From the NCBI GenBank assembly GCA_964035545.1, contig OZ037766.1, positions 30,990,773 to 31,054,772 of the forward strand: a stretch of DNA of 64,000 nucleotides, in the 5' to 3' direction. The notes below the pieces were generated by a model. It searched no databases. It was given only the letters and a program-made list of their open reading frames with translations, and was not told the DNA's origin. Position 1 is the stretch's first letter; each line of letters starts with the position of its first letter. Of the stretch, positions 1 through 10,423 are shown piece by piece. A program made the translations under genes and the position numbers. The stretch comes from Bugula neritina. Taxonomy: Eukaryota > Animalia > Bryozoa.

Positions 1-69
1 TCTAAATTTTAATTGAATGAGAAGGGATAGTTTTGTCCTTTCACTAAGATGATAGTTGCTTTGCATTAG

Positions 70-3000
70 GTACTATGGGCAGAATATAACCAGTTACTGT
101 AAAGCTGGCTATGAATATCCAGATGGATCAACAACTTCCTCAGTTGAATGTAGTATTAACGGGACGTGGATCTACCCACCCACTGAGTGTCAAAGTGAGT
201 ACATCAATGCTCATGCAGCCTATCTCTAGCTGCTAATGGATATAACACAAATATATCTACGTACATTGTACATCCCATATCATTATTTTAGAAAAGGATT
301 GTGGGGCAGTAGAAAATATGACTGGGGTGGAATGTTACGTTTCATCTACAGTGTACCAAAGTGTGGCTAGCTGCAGATGTAAAGATGGTTATGAGAGAAA
401 ATACTTATATTATTATCGAGGAAGGTATTATACAGACAACTATTACACAATGACTTGTCGCTCCAATAGCCAATGGAGCCGGCCTGATGACGGTAGACAA
501 AATTATTGCACCAGTGAGTTATTTATGTCTTAACTAAATTGAAGTGTTGTCAAAACTGCAGTGAGAAAAGAATTTAGCTGACCATAATGTTTTATATAAC
601 ATACACTGAAAGTTTTTGCAATATTGTCTTACAAACTTGCACTTTTATTGATTTAATCATCAAAGAGATATGTTGTACATGGTTTAGACTTGAGCTAATT
701 ATATGCCAGTTCAAAGCTAATTCTTTTAGTGTTCACTATATAAACCTTAAGCTATCGCACAAAAAGACGTAATTTTAAAAACAGCACTCTGACTTTTTTA
801 GTTTGAGCTTTTTTATATATAAAACAGAAATGAAAAAAAACTGTCAAAAAAGTTGCACAGCTGAAAGTTATAAAAAGAAACTAGATGGGCAAATAGGATA
901 TTTTTTTACAAAATAACTTGCACTTATTAGCTATATCAGAGCTTTCATAATCTTTGACAGGGGTGCAATGTCCTGCCTTGAACCAAAACATTCTTAGCAA
1001 TGTAGCCTCATTAAACTATACTGGAACAAGCTATGAAGATATAGTTCTGTACACATGCATACCTGGATATGAGACAAATGTTACTGAGAGTATTTGGTGT
1101 CAAGCTAACAAAACCTGGTCAAGCTCTGCTGGCTGTGTCCGTGAGTTTTCCATGCATGTATATATCTATCAAAAGTTAAATCCAACAGACATGAACACTC
1201 TAAGTTCAATAGGTTCTTGCAACAGAGCCTGACACTCTTTTTTATATTTTTGCTGCAGCTAAAGATTGTGGGACACCTCCAATTGTACAAGATGGTTATG
1301 CTGTAGACTACATGGGCTCAACAACTTTCTCGTCTAGGATATTTTATAGTTGTAACAGAGGCTATACAATAATTGGATTATCTTCGATTGTATGCAATGA
1401 GAATGGAGTATGGACCCCACCACCCATTTGTCACAGTAGGTTGATTCCAGGCTAATAAATGTATTCGGCTATACATGCATACAAGCATCTGAATATTCTA
1501 CAGTTCGCCCTGAACAAATCCAACTATATCAAATGCATCTTAAATATCCTTCTGTTGATGTTTCCTAATTAACCCTAAGGTGGATTTATAAATAACTGCG
1601 ATTCTTACTGTACAAAAATGACAGCTATAGTTAAAATTACAATTACAAATTTATTTCAGGAATAAGATGCAATGAACCACCAGAAATCCAAAATGGCCGA
1701 CGACATGTTGGTGGTCATTATTATGGAGATTCAACAGTGTATGAGTGTGATATTGGCTATCTTCTGTCTGGAAAATCTTCTATCTCCTGTCAGTTTGACG
1801 GGCACTGGTCAGCCAGGCCTGAGTGTCATGGTGGGTGTGTAAATGTGAATGCCATCTCTTTACTATCACAGCTCAAGTGTTTATCATTTATAACTTGTTA
1901 CACTGAAAAGTTTACAAAACAACATTGGCAAGTTAGAAATTGCTTTATTCATCCGTTTATACATGTACATGCCCTGGCTTACATTTTATGTTTTACAACC
2001 AACAAGGAAAACACTGTTACTTGCTAAACTTGGCCATCTTTTAAATTTTAGTGTTGAGGCTCTAAATTATGTATGGCTTAGTTAGAGGTGATGCAGTTGA
2101 AGTGATGTTTAAATGAACAGGATAAAGTTAGTCATGGGTGGTCATGAGGATAATTGTTGATGATCCAATATACTTGTATTCTAATTACATTAAAAATACA
2201 ATATGTTGCTCATTATCTATGGAAACATCATGGATATTTTGTTGCTCCAATCACATTTCCCCAAATAGATATAAATGTATCTGAAACCAGCTTCATGTTT
2301 TTTTATGTTGACCTTTCATTGTATAACTGTTGGTATCGAAGAGGTCAAATAGTTGTTTGATTTATATTACAGATAACTTGACATTTATAGCAGAAAACTA
2401 AATTGTTTAATAAACTGAAAAACATAAACAGCCGTTATATAATTTTAGCTTCATCCTGTGGGCGGCCACCTTATGTTGAGCATGGTTCCTTCAAAATTAC
2501 TTCTGGGTACAAGTTTGCTGAACATGTAGAGTACACGTGCTTCAACGACTTTATGTTAAATGGAGTGAACTTTGCAGTCTGCTTATCTAACGGTAGCTGG
2601 AGCAAGCCACCCTCGTGCCTTTCAGCTGCAAAGGGTGCAGCAAGAAATCAAATACCCCCTTCAGGTTTTTTTTCAATATTTAGATCAACTTTAACACCAA
2701 GTAGAGTTGCATCAGATATTTTAATTTTTAATAATCAAACTTTCTGATAATTTTGGCAATACTGTTTTTTATTATTAGAAGATAAAAAATAAACTCAGTT
2801 TCTTTTATTCAATTGTTAAATCAAGAAAATTATCAAAATTGTTTGAAACTGAAAGAACAATCTCTTCCATATCAATCACTATAAAGACTCATGAGAGAAC
2901 AACCAAAACCCAGACCGACACTGATCACATTTACAATACTTTAGGTTTGACAAGGAGCAGTCAGGAGAGTAAATCTGGACAGTATGCTAGCCTACCTCCC

Positions 3001-3767
3001 AGTCAAGTACATAACAGTCTTGCTTCCAAACACAGTTCTGCTATAAGTGGATCTGATCATAGCGGGCTAGTTGTTGGGGTTGCAGTTTTAGCAGCTGTCC
3101 TCTTTGTTGTGTTGGTTGCTATAGGAGTTCGTAAGGCACTGAAAGCAAGGTAAGTGAGCAGTGTCTGATGAAAGTGACACAGGTAAACGTGGCACGGGAA
3201 TTCTGACACAAATGGAAATATAAGTAAAAGTGGCACATTTTAATATTGGTTTCTACAGGTTTTGAGGGTTTAGGTTTGAAGGTGAAGGTTTGGGGTTTGG
3301 GCTTAGGCAAATTCAGCACCAGCTGGTCATTCTATGCTAAATCAACAAGGCCAAAACCGACCCATCTTAGAATTTTTAGTAGAGTATTTAAAAACATGTC
3401 AAATGAAAAAATATCCAATATATATTTACCCTCATTTCTTATTAGTTTTGTAGTTTGGGCACTTTTTTGTGAAGTTGGTAAAATATTGGTACTTTTTTCA
3501 TTGGTTTTGGTACTGAAGGTCAACTTCCTAGATTGTTTATCTCGGAGAAAATTGAAGATAAACCTTTTATATTTTTATGGATGATAGTTCTACATTATTT
3601 TATTCAAATTGAAGCAAAAAACCTGCTATAAGTGTTGAGAAACATTTTCTGTTGAACTAAATTTTTAGGTCAAAAATTCGGTAATCTTAAAAATCATCAA
3701 TTTCCCGGCACTTTAAATTCACTTTTTTACAAATAGCTATGATTTTGGTACCTTCAGCACTTAATAA

Positions 3768-3858
<91 letters not shown>

Positions 3859-5648
3859 CACATTGAAAAAATTTCAGCTTTTTACTAGCATAATTTTCAT
3901 CACAACTGCGTGTTGAAATCTTAAAATTATGCAATTATGCACTATTTCATGATAAGAAAACTCAATGTGGTTATAAATGATTTGTTTTACAAGTGGTTTC
4001 ATTTTAAAAATGTTGGTATATATTATATTATATTAAAAACTGTATTTATATGTTGTTCCTTCATGGATGAAATTGACGAATTTTTGCAAGTTTCGCCTAT
4101 ATTTAAAGGTACACTTTGTACAATTACTGAAACATGCATGAAGTTATAAAAATGTACCAACATCTTTTACATACCTGCTATCGTTTTTCATAACATTTAA
4201 ATTTAATTTGGATATCATTACACGTCATATATGATTGATCAACTTGGGTTCATTTTCTAAACAAACAGTAGTAAACTGTTTGTTACAATTTAAAAGCACA
4301 ATAGATTTAAAACTCACGCGCTCCTATATAATAATATGTGTCTGTGTGTGTTGAAAAATTTTGCGGATAGTAACTAATAGTAGTTTGTAGGTTTTTTATA
4401 AAGGGAGACAAGGTGGTCATGTTGTTGTAGAGCCTCACCTGACAGTGTTGTGTAAGGGCTTCATTGCTGGTGCTAGAGTGTCAAACTGCGTTATTGTAGC
4501 TTTTACCCTTAACTCAACTGTGCGTATCATCTAGTTCAACTGTGTTAAGCCATGCATAGAGAACTACTGCATTGCAAATCTAGCCTCTCATGAAGATGAT
4601 TTTAGACTCCATGCTTAGTGGAACTCTTTTCAACTATAAGTTATGACATAAATGCCTGTGATAGTGTAAGTGGAATGATTCAAAGGCAAGCTGCTAAAAC
4701 TGATTTGCAAGTAGTGACTTTCAGACATTTCGTTAACTCCCAAGACTTATTCTAGTAAAGCTTACCCTACTTAAAAAATGTGACTTTTCTTCTGTATCAC
4801 TAGAGATATGTTAGAACTCTTTCCCAGTCTCAGATTTCTTGCTTCTGACTTGTAAAGGCTGTGCCTGGTATCCGTGAATATTATTGTTCTATCCCTACAG
4901 TTAGAAGTACCAATTTTTTATTAACTTAATTCTGCTCACAAATAGTGCCATAACTACAAAACTATTAGGAATTAAGGGCTATAATTGATATTTTATATTT
5001 TTTCATCTGACATGTTTTGGAATTACCATACTAAAATCTTGAAAAAATTTCCAAAAACATTGTCAATTTGGCATGGGATGACCCACAAGTGTGCCATTTT
5101 TACTGGCATGTTTGTGTTATTTTTACTTTTTTAATTTTTACCTAAAATTGAGTGTTCAATAGGTCACATTTTTCTTTTTCAAAACACCTAAAATTTGACT
5201 GATTTAATTCCCTTAACTTTGGCAGGTTTTATAATACAATATTCAAAAACATTAATAGCTATTCAAAAAAGTTATGCGAACCTGAGTATGCTCAGCTTAT
5301 ATTATCATGTTTCATTACAAATTTTGGCTTGAAATGAGTCGAAGCTTTAAGAAGCATGAATACCTTATAACTTCCGAGGTAACAATATATTTGCATTATA
5401 TTTTGCTTACACATAAAAGACACTCATTCCTATAAAGAACTCTTTTTTTCTTTACAATAGTTTTACTCACGTAGGGTAAGAATGAAAAAAAGCATTACTT
5501 TATTTTATATGTTTTATGTTTTATTAAAAGGCAACGTTCTGAGAGACGTAATGTGTGTCCTGCAGCAGTGGAAAATGCTCTCTACACTTGCGAAGGGGAG
5601 ACAATGACTGTTTATTCATTTACAGGCAATAAAACTACAGGAGACTAA
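70..5648 (+). CDS. Multi-sushi (CCP/SCR) type-I transmembrane receptor, paralog 1 (5' end lies upstream of the window)
   Basis: Phase-compatible GT-AG exons: 70-194, 292-513, 961-1140, 1259-1435, 1660-1830, 2449-2664 (donor inferred), 2945-3149 (acceptor inferred; TM GLVVGVAVLAAVLFVVLVAIGV-RKALK) and 5531-5648 (tail RQRSERRNVCPAAVENALYTCEGETMTVYSFTGNKTTGD*). The extracellular exons carry the CCP pattern C..PP...Y.C..GY...C...G.W....C. Confidence 0.88.
3325..5083. mobile_element. ~1.76-kb non-autonomous TIR DNA transposon in the last intron of sushi paralog 1
   Basis: Left end GGTCATTCTATGCTAAATCAACAA; reverse complement of the right end GGTCATCCCATGCCAAATTGACAA. It is absent from the homologous intron of paralog 2 (empty site GGCAAATTCAACACCAGTGTGCCATTTT on the minus strand at ~14743-14770). 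No transposase ORF. Confidence 0.75.
3775..3855. repeat. (TA)n microsatellite
   Basis: Pure TA run. Similar runs at ~10362-10421, ~27491-27591 and ~30655-30776. Confidence 0.95.
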
Positions 5649-6023
5649 CTTGGCCTTATGTGTCTGCAGTCTGTTTTCTAGTTTTCAAAACTTTCAAATA
5701 ATGTTGACGTTATAGTTTTAACTGTTACAAGGACTGCTTTTATATACAAATAGAAACTAATTTGTTCTTTTATAAGTCAATGTAATTTGTGACTTACTAA
5801 TTATACTTCCCAAAGCTGCATGTTCTTATATATATATAGTATATCAAAATTTATTCTAAAGACGTTAATGAATATGAGTCAACCCTATGACGTATATGTT
5901 CGTTATATAGTAAAGCAAATATTATATATCGTATTTTATATAAAATAAAATATAATATGTTATTATATAATCTGACATAATACTATGGATTAGATCATAT
6001 ATCATTGTAAATCATGTATTATA

Positions 6024-6860
6024 GGGGTAACGAGGAGGGGGGCATAACACCTGTTTTTCAAGTTAATAATTCAATAATCTTCAGTCTAAATGCTGCATCT
6101 GTTGTCTATTACAGGTACCAGTCTTTTGTTTCTATCTATCTCACAACTTTTAGAATAATGACATTTTCATAGCAATGAAAACGGCCCATTGTGCCCTGGT
6201 ACTGGGGTACAATGGGCCACTGGGTGGGACACAACAAATATATTGAAACTTTGTTGATTTGGTCGCATCTAATCTTTATTTAATTAGGATACACAAATAT
6301 AAATAAAAATAATTCTTCAGATCTACAGCAAAAATCATGTTTTAACTGTACAGTTTGTACCACCACAGATAGCAAGGGGAGGCAAAATCAAAAGCACATG
6401 ACCATTTCTACGGCACCATTTTTACTATACCTACTGCTTAGAACTGAATTTTTTTTTCTATCTCCACTTCACAGGAACGATTTCATCAGCAAAAACTTTA
6501 GTAACATGTACTACAACATTCCGAGTGGATTTTTTTATGAACTGTAGCTGAGGTGCATGGCTGAGGTTTGTGACTGGAGTACGGAAGAGAGAGGGGAGAG
6601 CAAATGAGCAAATTACAATTTATTTTAGTCAAATACATGTATATTCCCTCAATGATATAATGTATAATGAATATCATATGGCTATCCAATAGTAGCAACA
6701 GCAGAGTTTTTTGCATGATGTACAAAATGGCAAAGCTCTAACCTCACCAAATGTATAAAGGCCTTTTAGGGGAGCTCCACCTTGTGGTTTGGTAGTCTTA
6801 CCATGATGGCTTTGGTACTTTACAAAAAGGTCAGAAATGGCTATATCTATAGATTTTATT
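6024..6860 (+). mobile_element. Truncated, diverged copy of the 1.3-kb GGGGTAACGG-TIR element (right end missing)
   Basis: Starts TA|GGGGTAACGAGGAGGGGGGCATAA, contains the internal palindrome GGCCCATTGTGCCCTGGTACTGGGGTACAATGGGCC, and is colinear with 30777-31630 up to AAGGTCAGAAATGGCTATATCTATAGATTTT, where similarity stops. Confidence 0.85.
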
Positions 6861-6906
6861 GATAATGTGACCCTTAAGGAAGATGATAACTCTTCAGAAA
6901 TTTTAG

Positions 6907-7628
6907 CCATCTCTTCTAAAGACGGACATGTATATCAGCAGAGTAAAACTTACAAGGAGAAAACTAAATCAAATGGATTTGCAATTGGATTTTCCGATTT
7001 GGCAGTTATTTTGGCTGCCTTCTGTATTTTATTTGTCACTTGGAGACTTTTTAAAATTAGGTAAACATGTAGTTGATAATTTTGTTGATAGATTTGAAGT
7101 TTATACTAAATACTTGGTCTAAACTCTGTTGCCCATATAGTATTGCCGCATTTACTGATTGCAACTTTTACTGTTTAGCACATCAAACAAATTAGTTTGA
7201 GAACTCAGCTGGTAATTATTTTTGGGTTGGAGGGTTCATTCAGTGCTCTTACTCAGAATTTTTTTCTTTTATAAACTATGTTGGTGAATTTCAATGAACT
7301 ATATTAGTTATACATCTATCTATTTGTTATTATATGCTGCAGTGAAAAATACTGAATAGTTGGGAGATATTTTTTTCCCTCAGCCATTTGTTGAAAGCTT
7401 GCAGTGCAGCAGTAGAGAACTAACCCCACTCTATAAATTCAGCTTTGTGCTGTAGTATAAACAGTATTGCTCTGTGCTATGTTCTTATTGGCTTATTCAG
7501 TTGTGCATAACTTATGTAGGAAGCGAAGAGGTCAGTGTGCAGTGACTGTAAGCAATGCTCTCTACAGCAGTGAAGGCCAAATTATGACTGTCTACTCATT
7601 TAAAAGCACTAAACCCTCAGAAGAGTAA
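6907..7628 (+). CDS. Orphan stalk/TM exon (6907-7060) plus cytoplasmic-tail exon (7520-7628) paralogous to the sushi receptors: alternative 3' end of paralog 1 or remnant of a third paralog
   Basis: ttttag|CC ATC...AAA ATT AG|gtaaac encodes ...GFAIGFSDLAVILAAFCILFVTWRLFKIR. tgtag|G AAG... encodes KRRGQCAVTVSNALYSSEGQIMTVYSFKSTKPSEE*. It has the same phases (1 then 2) and the same NALY/MTVYSF motifs as the other two tails. Confidence 0.75.
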
Positions 7629-8472
7629 ACTCTATCTTATATGATTTCACTGTAACTACTTAGCATTAACTACCAGAAAAGATGAATTGAGAGCTTAAAT
7701 TGCACTTCTACGTACGCTCTAATATAGTAAAACTTACCATGATAAATGCAGTAAGAATATGTTTATAATTACTTTATAGGGGTAGCTAATAAGATGCTGA
7801 ATATTTTTGTAACATAATATATTATTGTATAGTCAAAGTAGCATCGATAATATTGAGCATGGCAAAATGCAAATGATGGTAAACACTTTTCTGCTTTAAA
7901 TTTCATATGAAACTTAAAAATTGCTGAAAAAGCTTGCAGGCAAATATAAGCAGTTGCATTGTAGTTTCTTTTACTTAAGTCAAGAATTATTAATGTCTGA
8001 ACATGTTATAGCTGTGAGCTAAGCTACTGTCTTGAATTGCTTTAATATAGTTGTTTGAGAAGTCATGCAAGCAGCCTAATATACTGCTGACTTAAATCCA
8101 AGTATATCTATTTTTGCTTTCTAATATAAGCATTTTGAAACTAGTATAATATTTTGAGTCTGTATACTTTAAACTACAATTTATATGCATTGCATGCTAC
8201 ATTTATTGAACCGTAACATTGTTTTTGGGTATACCATACCTGATGCTTTTTATGCATGTGGCATAGTATTGCAATAATTATGGTTTGATATGTGATTTAA
8301 TATGATATATAATATGCTGTAATATAATGATAAAAATGTGATACATTCTAGATATAAAATGTAATCGTGCATGAAAAAATATTAAATAATTTGATATGAT
8401 ACTATTGATGAGCTTAGAAAAATTAGCAAATAGACTCGCAATAGTTGAACTTTGAACTTGGAGCATTCAGCC

Positions 8473-9108
8473 TATACTCTCTCGGACTACACACTCTCTC
8501 AGACTATATACTCTCTCAGACTATATTACACTCTCTCAGTATATATATACTCTCTCAGACTATATTACACTCTCTCAGTATATATATACTCTCTCGGACT
8601 ATACACTCTCTCAGACTATATACTCTCTCAGACTATATTACACTCTCTCAGTATATATACTCTCTCAGACTATATATACTCTCTTAGACTATATACACTC
8701 TCTCAGACTATATTACACTCTCTCAGACTATATTACACTCTCTCAGTATATATATACTCTCTCAGACTATATTACACTCTCTCAGTATATATATACTCTC
8801 TCAGACTATACGCTCTCTCAGTCTATATACTCTCTCAGACTATATTACACTCTCTCAGTATATATATACTCTCTCAGACTATATTACACTCTCTCAGTAT
8901 ATATATACTCTCTCAGACTATACGCTCTCTCAGTCTATATATACTCTCTCAGACTATACGCTCTCTCAGTCTATATACTCTCTCAGACTATATTACACTC
9001 TCTCAGTATATATATACTCTCTCAGACTATATTACACTCTCTCAGTATATATATACTCTCTCAGACTATACGCTCTCTCAGTCTATATAGCATATACTCT
9101 CTCAGACT
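8473..9108. repeat. Minisatellite of ~18-20-bp units (CTCTCTCAGACTATATTACA / CTCTCTCAGTATATATATA variants)
   Basis: Directly visible tandem array with alternating unit variants and no unique spacers. Confidence 0.95.
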
Positions 9109-9730
9109 CCTATAAATCTCTACTCCATGAAAATAAGTGAAAAAACTGCTTTTGCTTGAAAAGCTATGGCAACATCATTATGCTCAAGTGATCGCATGAA
9201 CTCATAGTGTCCTTCATCAAAAATAGTTTGAGTAGAGATAGGGGAATCCCTAACATTGGCTGTAATCTCTATGTTACAAAACATTTAATTGCTGCAAAAT
9301 CAATTTGAACAAATTCGATTGTTTCGGTTTTAGATTATTTCTGATATAGTTGGAACGAAACAGTAAGATGTATGATCATTTAAATAATATGGGGATTAAG
9401 GGTTTTGTTTCATAACATTATATATTCTAATTGTTCTTTTATTATTTTGCACCATGACAAGTAGAAATGTGAAAATTACAAGTGTTGTGTTCAAAGCTAA
9501 CCCAACAAATTCCACATTCTTGGCGACTCCCCCTCAGATATTTGGTTTAAAATAAATCCACCCCTCTGAACACTGCTACGATGATGATTCACAGAATATT
9601 ATAATAATTGCAAAAGCCAAATTTGTTGCTAATGTAGTTATATATTAGCTGCAGTATTGATAATTTAGTAAAGCAGTAAATAAGTCCTTTTAGTCTTTTC
9701 TAGAAAACCAATTTAGTAAGAACACCTTGT

Positions 9731-10357
9731 ATGGTAATGGAACTTTTAGTGCTTGCTGGAATTCTGATTATACAGCCAACTCTTGGTGAGTTCAACTAAA
9801 TTCTACAATTCATTATGACAATTCTAAGTGTCTTCATATGTAAGTTGTGCATCTTATTATTACTATCCTATCTATGAGTGTAACACAAATATTTATATGA
9901 AAATATGGTGTATCTAGGTTAACATTTGGTATATGCATAATTGATTCAACAATATATCAATGATATCTTCATGTTGCATTACTTTCTGTATAATTATTGT
10001 TTATCTGTTCACATGTAGAAATTTTATTTACTTTATGTTTAAAATTTGTTGAAGAATCTCATGAGGCACACCATTTTTAACAAGCAAAGATGATATGTAC
10101 ACCCTACTGCTTACTCTATGAGGCTGATCAAATCTGTTTTTATATAAAACTGGTTGATAAATTTGTTGTATATAAGAGTGATAAATTTCAATAGCCCAAG
10201 ATCCAATAGTTTTAGTTTGAGGCGGATATGAGGTTTTTCATGAGCATTTTTTGACTTGCTACATTTCTTACATGTCTTACCCTAATCTATAAGTTGCTGT
10301 ATTGTTAGCATTCACCTATGTAATATGGTATAAGAATTTAACCACCTGCAGTCCATA

Positions 10358-10423
<66 letters not shown>

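Noticed and set aside
3246-3584. 112-aa hydrophobic ORF and telomere-like GGGTTTAGG motifs
   Set aside because: It spans the junction of two intronic repeat elements. The motifs are a short degenerate internal part of the foldback element, not a telomere array.
8445-9108. 212-aa ORF / CRISPR-like array
   Set aside because: It is a head-to-tail minisatellite with no unique spacers and no cas genes, in a eukaryotic context. The ORF is a by-product of stop-free repeat frames.
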